Below are positions 37,749-48,422 of a DNA stretch of 64,000 nt, piece after piece. The stretch comes from Myxococcales bacterium (GTDB taxonomy: Bacteria; Myxococcota_A; Polyangia; Polyangiales; DASUME01): NCBI GenBank assembly GCA_047601445.1, contig JASGJH010000001.1, positions 4,096,001-4,160,000 on the forward strand, given 5' to 3'. The stretch's first letter is position 1; each line of letters opens with the position of its first letter. Under the pieces are notes generated by a model. That model worked only from the letters and a program-made list of their open reading frames with translations. It did no database searches and was not told the origin of the DNA. The position numbers were made by a program, and so were the translations under genes.

Positions 37749-38029
37749 GCTTGAATAGTATTGCAGTCGCGCCGACACCTCGTGACGGCCATCCCTCCTG
37801 GGAACCCGAGCTGCGAGAGATGGTCGCTCGCATCGCCGAGGTTCCAGCCACATTCGCGGCCGATGTGGACATGCGGGAAGAGCTCAACATGGACTCCATT
37901 CGCAGTGTCGAGCTCATGTTCGAGATCGAACAGCGCTTCACCCTCCTGGTCCCCGAGGAGCGCTACGCACAAGCGCGGAGCTTCGAAGACCTCTTGTCCC
38001 TGATTCGCTCGCTAAAGCAGGACACCTGA
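37745..38029 (+). CDS. Acyl carrier protein
   Basis: ELNMDSIRSVELMFEIEQRF. Confidence 0.85.
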   Translation: MSLNSIAVAPTPRDGHPSWEPELREMVARIAEVPATFAADVDMREELNMDSIRSVELMFEIEQRFTLLVPEERYAQARSFEDLLSLIRSLKQDT

Positions 38030-38042
38030 GGCAAGGGCATCC

Positions 38043-39284
38043 GTGGCGATGGCGTCCGTGCGTCGCGTTGCAATCACTGGCTGTGGTGTGGTCAGTGCCG
38101 CCGGTGCCGACCTGCGGTCATTTTGGGACGTGCTCGTGCAGGGCCGCAGCCTGATCCGTCCGCTGCGCGGCTTCGCCATCAAGGACCTGCCGAACTTGTA
38201 CGGTGCCGAGGTGGACTTTCCGGACGAGGGTCTCGGTGCCGACCGGGACAGCCGACGTCGGCGCTGTGCGCGTCTGCTCGGGCTCGCCGCGCGCCATGCC
38301 ACCCGTGACGCCAGGCTGTCCGAGAGCTGGTGCCATGCAGCCCGCATGGGCGTCGCCATGGGGACCACCCTCGGAGAGGAGGAGGAGCTCAATCATCTCC
38401 ATGACCGGGCTGCGGAGGTCGGTGCCCTGACGATCGACGCCACGTTTGCCAGCCGCGCCGACAACACGCGACTCGCGCTCGACGTCGCCCGGGATCACCA
38501 GCTACGGGGCCCCGTGCTGCTCAATGCGACCGCCTGTAGCTCGGGCAATGCAGCGACGGCTTGGGCCTACGATCTCGTGGCCTCGGGCGCCTGCGACGCC
38601 ATGCTCGCCGGCGGCGTGGACACCTTGACGCGGGTCACCTACTCGGGCTTCAGCCGCATGAATGCTCTCTCCAAGAGCGTGTGCAGACCGTTCGACGTGC
38701 GCCGAGATGGCGTCTCGTTTGGCGAGGGCGCCGGGGTCTTGGTGCTCGAGGAGATGGGACACGCCCAGCGGCGGGGAGCCCATGTGTACGCCGAACTGGC
38801 TGGCTACGGCATCGGCAACGATGCACATCACATCACGGCGCCCGAGCCGAACGGACGCGGCATGGCACGCGCGATTCGCGAAGCACTGACCACCACCGCA
38901 ACGTCGGTCGAAGCGATCGACTACGTGAGCGCGCACGGTACGGGCACGCCCTACAACGACGCGGCCGAGGAACGAGCCTTGAGGGCGGTATTCGGGGATC
39001 GCACGACAAGAACACCGGTGAGCTCGATCAAGGCCTCGCTGGGACACACCAACGGCGCAGCGAGTGCCCTGGAGAGCGTCGCGTGCGTGCTGGCGCTCGA
39101 GCACCAGCTGCTCCCACCCACGGCCAACCTCGAGCAGCCTGACCCGGCGTTCGCGCTCGACTTGGTGCGCACGCGCGCACGCGAAGCCCGCGTGAACACG
39201 TGCTTGAACCTCGCGGCCGGCTTCGGTGGCTTCAACGTGTGCCTGGTGCTCAAGAAGGCCCCTCAGGCAAAGGTGCGAGGTTGA
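38043..39284 (+). CDS. Type II ketosynthase (FabF/KS-alpha-like, active)
   Basis: TACSSG, AHGTGT, LGHTNG (C-H-H triad). Confidence 0.92.
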   Translation: MAMASVRRVAITGCGVVSAAGADLRSFWDVLVQGRSLIRPLRGFAIKDLPNLYGAEVDFPDEGLGADRDSRRRRCARLLGLAARHATRDARLSESWCHAARMGVAMGTTLGEEEELNHLHDRAAEVGALTIDATFASRADNTRLALDVARDHQLRGPVLLNATACSSGNAATAWAYDLVASGACDAMLAGGVDTLTRVTYSGFSRMNALSKSVCRPFDVRRDGVSFGEGAGVLVLEEMGHAQRRGAHVYAELAGYGIGNDAHHITAPEPNGRGMARAIREALTTTATSVEAIDYVSAHGTGTPYNDAAEERALRAVFGDRTTRTPVSSIKASLGHTNGAASALESVACVLALEHQLLPPTANLEQPDPAFALDLVRTRAREARVNTCLNLAAGFGGFNVCLVLKKAPQAKVRG

Positions 39285-40480
39285 TGTTCGACGAAGACGC
39301 GATCGTTATCACGGGTGTCGGCGTGCTCACGCCGCTCGGGAACACGTTCGCCGACGTGGGCGCCGCGTTGCGTCGAGATCACTGCAGCATCCTGCCATGC
39401 GCCCATGATCCCAGCATCGGCGAGTCCCTCATCTCGGACTTCGAGCCAACGCGCTATGCCGAGGTGCGCGGCATGCGCGTGTACAACCGCACCACCCAGC
39501 TCGCGATCTGCGCCGGACGCCGCGCGCTGCAGTCTGCGTACTGGCTCCGAGCCAGTCCTCCGCGCGAGCTCGGCGTCGTCATGGCATCGACATTCGGCCA
39601 TCTGGACACGCTCCTCGAATACGACGGGAGTCTGGCTCGCGCGGGGGTCAGGCGCACGAACCCCGCCCTCATGCCACTCTCGCTCGCCAGTGCCTCCGCG
39701 GCGGCCACCGCCCTGGCGTTGGAGGCCGAGGCCTGCGCCGTAACCTTGGCGGGGGACGCACCGGCGGCCCTCGATGCGTTGGCCCTCGCAGCTCGCTTAC
39801 TCGCGGTGGGTCGTGCGCGTGCATGCGTGGTGGTCGCGGCCTTTTCGCCGCTGCTCGCCCTGACGCAATCGGCCAGAGCGGCCGGTAAGCTCGCCTCGGC
39901 CGAGCAGTTCGTGGTGTTGGATCGATCCCATGCCGGCACCGTGTTCGGCGAAGCCGCGGTGGCCTTCGTGTTGGAACGCGACTCGATCGCCCGTACCAGC
40001 GGTGGTCGGCCCCTCGCTTCCCTACGCGGCCATGCCGCCGCGAATGCGCTCACCTCGGAACAGCGCGCGTCGGAGTTGCAGGCGACCTGCGATCGAGCGT
40101 TGCAACATGCGCGCGTTGCCCCAAGAGAGCTGGCCTTGGTGAGCGCAGGCTCCAACGGCACACCCGCTGGCGATGACGCCGAAGCGTTGGCGCTCAGGGC
40201 GTTGCTCGGCGAGGCCGCTGCGACCACCCCCATGTGCGCAGTCAAGGGCCACTGCGGCGAAGCCATGGAAGCGGGCGGCCTGCTGCAAGTCCTGCTGGCG
40301 CTATCCGTGCTCGAGAGCGGTTTTGCACCCGCGATTCGTCACCTCAAGGAGCCCTGCCGTGAGGGCCTGGGCTTCGTGAGCCGCACGGCTCAGGTCTCGC
40401 CTGGTCCCGTTCTCATCAGCGCGACGTCAGAGGCGGGACCTTGCTCCGCACTGGTCGTGGATCGACCCGTGCTGGTTTGA
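39284..40480 (+). CDS. Ketosynthase-like chain-length factor (catalytically inactive)
   Basis: VITGVG, NPALMP, GEAAVAFVLE, KGHCGE; no active-site Cys (LAGDAPAAL); translationally coupled to the KS. Confidence 0.8.
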   Translation: MFDEDAIVITGVGVLTPLGNTFADVGAALRRDHCSILPCAHDPSIGESLISDFEPTRYAEVRGMRVYNRTTQLAICAGRRALQSAYWLRASPPRELGVVMASTFGHLDTLLEYDGSLARAGVRRTNPALMPLSLASASAAATALALEAEACAVTLAGDAPAALDALALAARLLAVGRARACVVVAAFSPLLALTQSARAAGKLASAEQFVVLDRSHAGTVFGEAAVAFVLERDSIARTSGGRPLASLRGHAAANALTSEQRASELQATCDRALQHARVAPRELALVSAGSNGTPAGDDAEALALRALLGEAAATTPMCAVKGHCGEAMEAGGLLQVLLALSVLESGFAPAIRHLKEPCREGLGFVSRTAQVSPGPVLISATSEAGPCSALVVDRPVLV

Positions 40481-43400
40481 GGAAGCGCTGTGACCTCCCT
40501 CGTCTCGCTATGTGCCGCAGCCAACGCTTCCACTCGGCGAGCCGCGGGATCCTTGGCGGCCAAGCGCTGATACTGAGCGAACAGCGTGGGGTGCTGCGTG
40601 TTGCGGACCCACTTCTCCATGGCCGACAGATGCGTCGAGTACGCCGGGCGGTCACTCATCTGAAGCGCGAGCTCCGCGCGAGCCCCGTGACTGAGCCCGT
40701 GCAGCATGGGATTGTCGTGGGCTTCTTGCTTGGCGAGTAGCGTGTCGAGCAGGTCGCGTGCACGCTCGAGTTCTCCCAGCGCCAGATGCGCCAGCGGCAG
40801 CTCGAGTTCCACCGCGAAGGTCATCATCGTGAACGCGGCGTCCTCCGTGCGTAGCCCCGCCAGGGCTCGCTCGCATACACACCGTGCTTGGGCTGCTTTG
40901 CCCGCCTTGCGGAGGATGCGCGCGTAGGCCCCGAGGTACTGGACCTCGCGCGTAGTCAGCGCCGAGCCCGCAATCGACTCGAAGAAACCGCCGTAACGAG
41001 CCAGCGCCTCGTGCGGCAAGCCACGCTCGGACAGGTAGCAAGCGTGGGTCACGTCGCGCAGTCGTGCCACGGAGGGCACTTCATTGGCGATCGCCTGGAT
41101 CTGCTGGGCGGCCCGCTTGAGAGCCACCACGTCTTCACACAGCGTGAGACTATTCCAGAGCAGACGCGGCACCTGCATGTCATGACGCCAGACCGCGTTG
41201 GTCTCGGCGGCCAGCTGGTCGAGCTCCTCGACGTGGCGCAGGAACTCGACACGCTCGCCGCGGTGGCCGTGATAGGCGACCAACATCGTGGAGCGGGTCT
41301 GGCGCGAGGTGAAGGTACTGAGACGCTCGATGGAGCCTAGGTGCTCTTTCACGGCGTCGTCGGTGCGTGTGGCGTCGAGCGCGCCCAGCATGACCAGGAT
41401 GCCGGCCTCGAGCTGGTTGCGGGCGTCCGGCGGGATCGCTTGAGCAGCCGGAGAGCATACGTACGTGAGCGCCCGCCGTGCCAGCTCGCGCGCGGCGCCA
41501 AACTCTCCATTCGCAAGGTGGATCAACGAGCGCTGAAACTCGTGGATTTTGTAGACGCGGTGGCGCTTGGGGAAATACGCCAACATCGAGAGCTGCTCGC
41601 CGATCTTGGCGGCTCCCTCCTCGTCCTGGAAGACCGTGCACACGCTGAGCACGGCCGTCCCGATGCCGATCAGGCCGAGTAGCACCGTGCGGAAGCTGGT
41701 GGCGCCCTGACGCCGTCCCGGCACGAGCATATAGGCCACAAAGGCCAAGCTCATGCACAGCCACAGAGCAAAACGGCCCCCCAAGAAGCGTGCGACACGG
41801 CGCGCGGCCTTGAGCCCGGCGAGCTCTTCGAACACGTCCATGAGCTCGCCGCCGTAGCGAAACGTCAGGCGGAAATCGACGTAGGCTCCCGCCAGCGTCA
41901 GCGCCGGGAGCAGGGGCGTATAGGAGTACCGATGCAGCCCGAGCGCCTTGTGGGTCTCCACCGCGGCTTCCAGATCGGGCGCGGCCTGAGCCAGCATGTC
42001 ACCGCGGATGGTCAGCTCCACCGCCGCCGTGCGTAGCACCTTTCGACCCGTTGCGACCTGGCCAGCGCGCATCAAGTGCAGCCCCATGCTGATCGCACGT
42101 ACGAGCTGCGGAGTGGACACACGGTCCAGTTGATTCGCCTCCACGGCCGCCGCGGCGTCCGGGTCTGCGTCTCGGATGGCCTGGGCGAGCTCACGGTGCA
42201 GGACCGTGCGCTGCATCGAGTCGATCGCGCCGAGCAGCTCACGTCGCACCGCTGCCTGCGCCACGCGATAGCCCTCGGGTGTGTCCACGATAAGCTGTGC
42301 AGTGATCAGCTGCTGCAGAGCTTGGCGCACGCGGCCGTCCTCCGCGCCCGCAGCCAGAGCCTGGCAGATCCCCTCATTCACGGTTCCACCGTGGAGGGCC
42401 AGGGCTCGCGCCAGCCGCTGAGCCAGCGCAGGGAGCGTTTGAATCCTGTCGGCCAGTGCACTCTCGGAGAGCTCATCTGGGGCTTCGTCGGTCAGCGCAG
42501 CCGGTAGAGTCCAGGTGCCCCCGACATCCCGGATCACGGAGCGCGCGAGCAGCTGCTTGAGCAGGCGCATCGTCTGGCCCGGATTGCCGCGTCCATGACT
42601 GAGCAGCCATTGCGCGAGGCGCACGCGGTGGGGCACATCGCCGAAGATGGAGTGCAACAGCTCGTTCACCGCAGCTTCCGGAAGCGTGCTCAGGAGCAAC
42701 GAATCTCCCATGAATGCGAGCTGCTCCACACCGGGCGGTGCGCGTCGCGCCAGGCTACGGCCCACGCTCAAGAGGAGAGGGGCACGCCGCGCGGCCTGAC
42801 CGAGCAGGGTGAACACCAGGGCCGATTCCGGCGGCACGAGGTGGGCATCGTCGATCGCGACGAGGAGAGGTCTCCGCCGTGCCACATCGGCCATCCACTC
42901 CGCGACGGCCTCCTGTTCCGCCAGGGAACGACTCAAGGCTTCGACCGGCTCGTGCGCAGGCTTGGCGGGGGTTGGCTCCGCTTTCGGATCGCCCTCGCCC
43001 AACAGTGACGCCAGCCGCGCCCGATAGGGAGCGATGCACGCACGGGCATCATCTGGAGCGACCGACAAGACCGCGCGCACGAGCCTCGCCAACAAGGAAC
43101 TGCGCTCGGCACTGGGATCGCCCGAGATCAGGACGGTGCGGAGACCCTCGAGGCGCGCCTCGATGGACAACTCGCTCAGTAGTCGCGAGCGGCCCATGCC
43201 CGGATCGCCCAGCACGGTGACGACATCCCCCTTGCCTCGCAAAGTGCTCTCGCAAAGCTGAAGGAGCGCGCGCTGCTCCGCTTTGCGCCCGACCAACACG
43301 CCCGCAGCGAGCCGGCTCTCCGCGATGTTGAGCAAGAGGCCGTCGTCGAGCTGACCGATGGCGCTCAGGCGGTCGATGACGTCGGCCGCGCTCGCAGCCC

Positions 43401-44160
43401 GTCCGAGGGGATCGATGCAGAGCAGCGACTGCACGAGCTCGTTCAGGGCTTCGGGGATCTCCGGGTTGAAGTGGGAGAGCGGGAGTGGAGGCGTAACCCA
43501 AGCCTGCTCGGCGTCTCTCATGCTCCTGATCGCATAGGGCTTCGAGCGCGTGAGGGCCCAGTACATCACCACGCCCAACGAAAACAGATCCGTGCGCGCG
43601 TCGAGGGCGCGGCCTCGCAGCGTCTCCGGAGCAATGCAACTCGGTGTGCCCATCAGCTCATTCGCCACGCCAAAAGGCGAGAGCGCACCGAAGTCCAGGA
43701 GTTTGGCATGGCCGTGCTCGTCGAGCCGCACGTTCCGCGGGTTCACGTCGCGGTGAATCATCCGCTGGTTGTGGAGCAGCGCGAGGGTCGTGCACACGTC
43801 GCGGAGGTAGCGGCACACTTCGCGCCAAGGTAGGGGCGCGAGGTCCCACAGGTCCCGGCCGCCGAGTAACTCCATCGTGTAGTAGCGCTTGCCGTCGTCG
43901 GTGTGGCCGAAGTCGTAAACGGAGATCACGCGCGGGTGGTCGAGCTTGGCGAGCGTCTCGTACTCACGCTCGAAGAGCCCCACGACGCGAGCATCGTGAC
44001 GGCTCATGAGCTTGAGCGCGACGACCCGATTGCAGCCCTCATCGAGGGCGCGATAGACCGCCCCCATGCCACCTCGCCCGAGCTCGGCTTCGATGCGGTA
44101 GCGGCCCGCGATGCGCATGGGAACGTTGGTGCTCAGCAGGGCTGGCGGCGAGCTCTTCAT
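40390..44160 (-). CDS. Large Ser/Thr kinase + AAA/STAND-like ATPase + helical-repeat protein
   Basis: GRGGMG, HRDVNPRN, DFG, APE; GDPGMGRS, VAIDD, GNP. Confidence 0.88.
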   Translation of the reverse strand: MKSSPPALLSTNVPMRIAGRYRIEAELGRGGMGAVYRALDEGCNRVVALKLMSRHDARVVGLFEREYETLAKLDHPRVISVYDFGHTDDGKRYYTMELLGGRDLWDLAPLPWREVCRYLRDVCTTLALLHNQRMIHRDVNPRNVRLDEHGHAKLLDFGALSPFGVANELMGTPSCIAPETLRGRALDARTDLFSLGVVMYWALTRSKPYAIRSMRDAEQAWVTPPLPLSHFNPEIPEALNELVQSLLCIDPLGRAASAADVIDRLSAIGQLDDGLLLNIAESRLAAGVLVGRKAEQRALLQLCESTLRGKGDVVTVLGDPGMGRSRLLSELSIEARLEGLRTVLISGDPSAERSSLLARLVRAVLSVAPDDARACIAPYRARLASLLGEGDPKAEPTPAKPAHEPVEALSRSLAEQEAVAEWMADVARRRPLLVAIDDAHLVPPESALVFTLLGQAARRAPLLLSVGRSLARRAPPGVEQLAFMGDSLLLSTLPEAAVNELLHSIFGDVPHRVRLAQWLLSHGRGNPGQTMRLLKQLLARSVIRDVGGTWTLPAALTDEAPDELSESALADRIQTLPALAQRLARALALHGGTVNEGICQALAAGAEDGRVRQALQQLITAQLIVDTPEGYRVAQAAVRRELLGAIDSMQRTVLHRELAQAIRDADPDAAAAVEANQLDRVSTPQLVRAISMGLHLMRAGQVATGRKVLRTAAVELTIRGDMLAQAAPDLEAAVETHKALGLHRYSYTPLLPALTLAGAYVDFRLTFRYGGELMDVFEELAGLKAARRVARFLGGRFALWLCMSLAFVAYMLVPGRRQGATSFRTVLLGLIGIGTAVLSVCTVFQDEEGAAKIGEQLSMLAYFPKRHRVYKIHEFQRSLIHLANGEFGAARELARRALTYVCSPAAQAIPPDARNQLEAGILVMLGALDATRTDDAVKEHLGSIERLSTFTSRQTRSTMLVAYHGHRGERVEFLRHVEELDQLAAETNAVWRHDMQVPRLLWNSLTLCEDVVALKRAAQQIQAIANEVPSVARLRDVTHACYLSERGLPHEALARYGGFFESIAGSALTTREVQYLGAYARILRKAGKAAQARCVCERALAGLRTEDAAFTMMTFAVELELPLAHLALGELERARDLLDTLLAKQEAHDNPMLHGLSHGARAELALQMSDRPAYSTHLSAMEKWVRNTQHPTLFAQYQRLAAKDPAARRVEALAAAHSETREVTALPQTSTGRSTTSAEQGPASDVALMRTGPGET

Positions 44161-44332
44161 CTACTGCGGCTCGGACCTCTTCTAGCCCACTAGATTAACA
44201 GGGTTCCCGCGCGCTTGCGTAGGGTGTCTTCCCCATGGCGACGTCGAACCATCCCAGCGTGCCGCAGGAGGGAACACATCCCCCTAGACGGGAAGCGGCG
44301 AGCACGGCGCGACAGAAAGTGGGCCGGCTCAC

Positions 44333-45331
44333 TCACCAGAAGTGATTGATCACCAGAACCGCTTGCTTACGGTTGTCATTCGTCGCCACGGACCAGGTTG
44401 TCTGCACTCCCACGTCGACGAACTTGGGATCGGAGTAGAGGATGCCGCCCTCCACGTACCCCGTGGTGCTGCCCTGGCTGCCGATCGTCGGAAAGAACAC
44501 TCGCTCCGACTGGTTCGTCCGCACCTGGATGCTGCCGCCCAACGTGAACACGATGGGAGCGCCCACACTGTTCAAGCGCAGCTGGCTACCCAGACCGAAC
44601 AGCAGGTTGCCGTCGTCCCCCTTCTGTCCGCCCACGGACACATGCTGGTAGCGAAACCCCGTGTTCGCGAACACCCCGAACATGCGGTGGGGCGCTACTG
44701 CAAACATCAGGTTGCCGACCCCGTTTGCCACGTTGCCGCCTTGGGTGAGCGAGCTGATGGCAAAGGTGATGGTCCCATTCTCGTCCGTGGCTGACTGGGC
44801 GAGCGCTGCGGGGAGCACGGCCTCGGCGCGCTGCCATACGCCATCGCCTCGCAGGCTCAAGTACCACTTCTTGCCTTGTGCAAGCCGGAAGTTGACACCA
44901 AGTGTGCCACCGACGGCGTAATTAATGCCGAGATTGAAGGCGCCCGAGCTGTTGATGCCGACGGCGTTTCCCACCGCGAAGCCCCCGCTCAAGCCGAGCC
45001 ACTTGACGAGCTGAACGTCTGCCAAGAACGACTGGGTAAACGAGACCAGCTTTGCGTCGTTGGTCGTCACCACACCCACGTTCGCCACGGGGATGGACTT
45101 CAAGTTCACGATACCCATGCCCGTCTGGCCGGTGACTCGCGTGGTCACGAACGGAAAGGGTAACGTCTGAAACGGTACGAACGCGTGGTTGTTGAGCGTG
45201 CGGGAGGCGTCGTACTTCGGTGGAAGACACGGCTCCTCGCTGCACCACGCCGCCTCCGAGCGCCCCTGCGCCTGGACCGGCGCATGCAAAACCAGGATCG
45301 CGAGGGCGCAGAGTGTCGCCAGTCGGCTCAT
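44333..45331 (-). CDS. Putative outer-membrane beta-barrel protein
   Basis: Signal peptide, alternating beta-strand pattern, terminal aromatic (INHFW); GAGGAGG RBS. Confidence 0.6.
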   Translation of the reverse strand: MSRLATLCALAILVLHAPVQAQGRSEAAWCSEEPCLPPKYDASRTLNNHAFVPFQTLPFPFVTTRVTGQTGMGIVNLKSIPVANVGVVTTNDAKLVSFTQSFLADVQLVKWLGLSGGFAVGNAVGINSSGAFNLGINYAVGGTLGVNFRLAQGKKWYLSLRGDGVWQRAEAVLPAALAQSATDENGTITFAISSLTQGGNVANGVGNLMFAVAPHRMFGVFANTGFRYQHVSVGGQKGDDGNLLFGLGSQLRLNSVGAPIVFTLGGSIQVRTNQSERVFFPTIGSQGSTTGYVEGGILYSDPKFVDVGVQTTWSVATNDNRKQAVLVINHFW

Positions 45332-45456
45332 CGCCGCCACCTCCTCGAACACTATGGTGCGACGCTCTCAGGGCGCGCCACTCCGCACAGGACGAAATTC
45401 GCTTGCAGCCATGGGCTGGGACCCCTTCGCGGCGGCTCCAGAATAGGGCTGATCGC

Positions 45457-47574
45457 TCAGTTGCTAGCGCGTTCCGCCGACGGCGCGCCGTCGAGAGCCT
45501 CTCGCACCTGACGGACGAGGGCGCCCGGCGGAAACGGCTTGGGCAACATGGGCGTGTGACCGACGTCGCTCAGCTGCACCTCCATCCGCGCTTGCTCGGG
45601 GTAGCCAGACATGAACACGACGCGCAGGGCAGGCCGGCTACGCTTCAACTCGCGGGCAAGCTCCGGCCCCGACTTGCCCGGCATCACGACATCGCTGAGG
45701 AGCAGGTGGACGGGATGGGGCCAAGCGTCGCTCAGCGCGATCGCGTCTTCGGCGCTCGAAGCCGCGAGCACGTGGTACCCGTGTGCAGAGAGCATGCGCT
45801 CGATCAGTTCCCGAACCATCCCCTCGTCCTCGGCGACAAGCACGGTTTCGTTCCCAGGAGGCAGCGGTTGCTCCTCAGGTGCCCGAGAGGCTGCTTCGCC
45901 CGTCTCGGACGCTCGGGGCAGATAGACATGGAACGTGGTGCCTTCGCCCTTGACGCTCCTCAGAGAGAGAAAGCCCCCACTCTGTTCGACGATCGTGCAC
46001 ACCGTTGCGAGCCCGAGGCCCGTGCCTTTGCCGGGTGCCTTGGTGCTAAAAAATGGTTCGAACGCGCGAGCCTGTGTCTGGCTCCCCATCCCCGTCCCCG
46101 TATCGCGGACACTGAGGCGTACATACAGACCCGGCACCGCCTCTCGCTCACCGTCCTCACGGTCGTCCATGGACCCACCGAGGTTCACGTTCCCGGTCTC
46201 GATCTGCAGGACTCCGCCTTCGGACATCGCGTCCCGGGCATTGACGACGAGGTTTACGATGACTTGCTCGAGGAGCCCCTTGTCGGCTCGAACATGCCCC
46301 AGATTCGGAGCGAGAGACCGCTCGAGGCGGATCCGTTCGCCGAGCACCCGGTGCAACATGTCGTCGAGCTCCACCAGGAGGGAGTTGAGATCGAGCACGC
46401 GAGTCTCTTGACTCTGCTTACGACTGAAGGAGAGCAACTGTCCCGTCAGGGCGGCTGCTCTCTCGCTGACCTGCTGGATTTGCAGCACTTCGGCGCGGGC
46501 CGGGTGCTCCTTGGATAGCCTCTCGAGCGCGAGACCGCTCGCTCCGAGCATGATCGTGATCAGGTTGTTGAAGTCGTGGGCGATCCCGCCGGCCAGGCGA
46601 CCGACAGCATCCATTCGCTGCGCCTGTCGCAGGTTTTCTTCGGCACGCCGAAGCGCGTGTTCATGCTCCAATTGAGCGCGAAGATCGCGCGCGATGATGG
46701 AATACGAATCGATCCTACCGTCCTCACCGCGGTGACCGAGCATGATCTGTTGGACCGGAACGTTCGTCCGATCGGCGCGAAGCAATGCAAGCGGTCCGCG
46801 CCAGTAGCCCGCGCGGGAGACGGTCGGCACGATCTCCTCGAGGGTACGACCGAGCAACGCGTCGGGCACGAGATTGGGGAACGTGAGCGAGCCGGCGTCG
46901 GTGTCCTTTCTGAGCCCGAGGAGCGCGCGGCCTGCCGGATTGAGGTACGTCACGCGCCCATTGGAGTCCGCCGTGCACAGCAGGTCCGGACTCGCCTCCA
47001 GGATCGCGATCATCTTGGTGCGCGCCGCCTCCTCCGAGAGCTGCTCGCCAATGTCCTCGAATGTGACGGCCGTGCTTCCGGGGCGACCTTCAGGCCCCAG
47101 CAATGGCACGGTGTTGATCCTCGCCCGGATCAACGTCCCGTCGCGTCGTCGAAGCTGAGCCGAGGTGGCCGCGACGTGCCCAGCCCCGAGGCAGGCTCGT
47201 CGAAACTCCGCGGCTGTCTCTGGCGGCTCGATGGGTGCCGAGTTCCCGAGTACTTCCTGCGAGGTCCACCCAAACAAGCGCTCGGCTTCGCGGTTCCAGG
47301 CGGTCACACGTCCGGTGCGATCGACGGCCGCAACCCCGATCGGAGCTGCATCGAGCAGCGACCGAAAGGTCTCCAAGGCCTGATGCTCTCCGGCTTCCTT
47401 TTTTCTCAGCGTTCTCGCCATCCAGAGCACGACCAGCACGCCGACGGCCACCATCCCGAGCAAGGCTCCACGCGAGCGTGTCGCACTGACCGCGAGGGCG
47501 ACGAACGCGGCACCTAACCCCAGCAGGGCGCTCCAGTGCGGCAAACGATGGTGCGATGTGGAGCTTCCGATCAT
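45457..47574 (-). CDS. Membrane PAS-PAS hybrid histidine kinase
   Basis: Two TM helices, WNREAERLFGW, AGGIAHDFNN, NLVVNARDAM, receiver SDVVMP. Confidence 0.92.
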   Translation of the reverse strand: MIGSSTSHHRLPHWSALLGLGAAFVALAVSATRSRGALLGMVAVGVLVVLWMARTLRKKEAGEHQALETFRSLLDAAPIGVAAVDRTGRVTAWNREAERLFGWTSQEVLGNSAPIEPPETAAEFRRACLGAGHVAATSAQLRRRDGTLIRARINTVPLLGPEGRPGSTAVTFEDIGEQLSEEAARTKMIAILEASPDLLCTADSNGRVTYLNPAGRALLGLRKDTDAGSLTFPNLVPDALLGRTLEEIVPTVSRAGYWRGPLALLRADRTNVPVQQIMLGHRGEDGRIDSYSIIARDLRAQLEHEHALRRAEENLRQAQRMDAVGRLAGGIAHDFNNLITIMLGASGLALERLSKEHPARAEVLQIQQVSERAAALTGQLLSFSRKQSQETRVLDLNSLLVELDDMLHRVLGERIRLERSLAPNLGHVRADKGLLEQVIVNLVVNARDAMSEGGVLQIETGNVNLGGSMDDREDGEREAVPGLYVRLSVRDTGTGMGSQTQARAFEPFFSTKAPGKGTGLGLATVCTIVEQSGGFLSLRSVKGEGTTFHVYLPRASETGEAASRAPEEQPLPPGNETVLVAEDEGMVRELIERMLSAHGYHVLAASSAEDAIALSDAWPHPVHLLLSDVVMPGKSGPELARELKRSRPALRVVFMSGYPEQARMEVQLSDVGHTPMLPKPFPPGALVRQVREALDGAPSAERASN

Positions 47575-48422
47575 GTGACTGACTCGCAGGCTGCGTAGTA
47601 CTCCCCGCGCAGCCGAACTCGTTCGGGAATCTTCAAGGCTCTGGGCGTGTACCAGGGCGTGTACGTGCGCACGAGCTTGGGCCAGAACCCAAGCAACGCG
47701 TCGCGCAGGAAACGTGCGTTGCGGGCCAACCTTGCGGCTCCTGCCTCTGCCGCGAGCCGCTCTCGTTGGTCCGCGTGCACGAGCCGCGTCGCACGAAAAA
47801 CGAAGCGACCGAAGTGAAGCTGCGCGAACGCGCCTGCCTTTAACCGGAAAACGTACCCCTTACCGAGCGCTTGGTACGCATCGAAGGCGACCGTTCGGTG
47901 CTCCAACTCCTCCACCAAGTGCCACTCGAATAGCTCGCGCACCGCGGGATCGACCTGTTCAATCCAACCAATCTCGAGGAGAAACAACGCCATCGCGGTC
48001 GTGAACGCCTCGAAGCTTTCGGCGTAGGCGAGGTTAAATGGCATACCGCGCTCACCCGCAAAGCGCCGATAGTCGACCCCGAGCTGTGCTCGCAGCGCGG
48101 CGAGTGGCGGCGAGTGCGGGAGATTGAGCGCCTTGTTGAAGCGAGCGTGCCCCCGCGCATGCTGAGCCTCCTGAGCGCTGAAGCGCCGCATGTCCTCCCT
48201 CAGACGCTCGCTCGCAACCTGTGGAGCGGCCGTGCGCATCGTGCGAATCAGGTAAGGCTCGAGCTCTGCGAACAGGTACGACAGCGCGACGGCGAGGCAG
48301 GATAGCTCGGGCTCGCCCTTGACCAGCATGGCATCGACTTCAGCGGGTAGCTGCAGGTGAAAACTCCTTACCCGGATCTCGTCGACTCGACTCGGTGTCA
48401 TGGATTGTTTCCTCATCATCAA
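47571..48422 (-). CDS. Predicted metal-dependent hydrolase (ferritin-like)
   Basis: QEAQHARGH, EAFT, WHLVEELEHRTVAFD. Confidence 0.85.
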   Translation of the reverse strand: MMMRKQSMTPSRVDEIRVRSFHLQLPAEVDAMLVKGEPELSCLAVALSYLFAELEPYLIRTMRTAAPQVASERLREDMRRFSAQEAQHARGHARFNKALNLPHSPPLAALRAQLGVDYRRFAGERGMPFNLAYAESFEAFTTAMALFLLEIGWIEQVDPAVRELFEWHLVEELEHRTVAFDAYQALGKGYVFRLKAGAFAQLHFGRFVFRATRLVHADQRERLAAEAGAARLARNARFLRDALLGFWPKLVRTYTPWYTPRALKIPERVRLRGEYYAACESVT

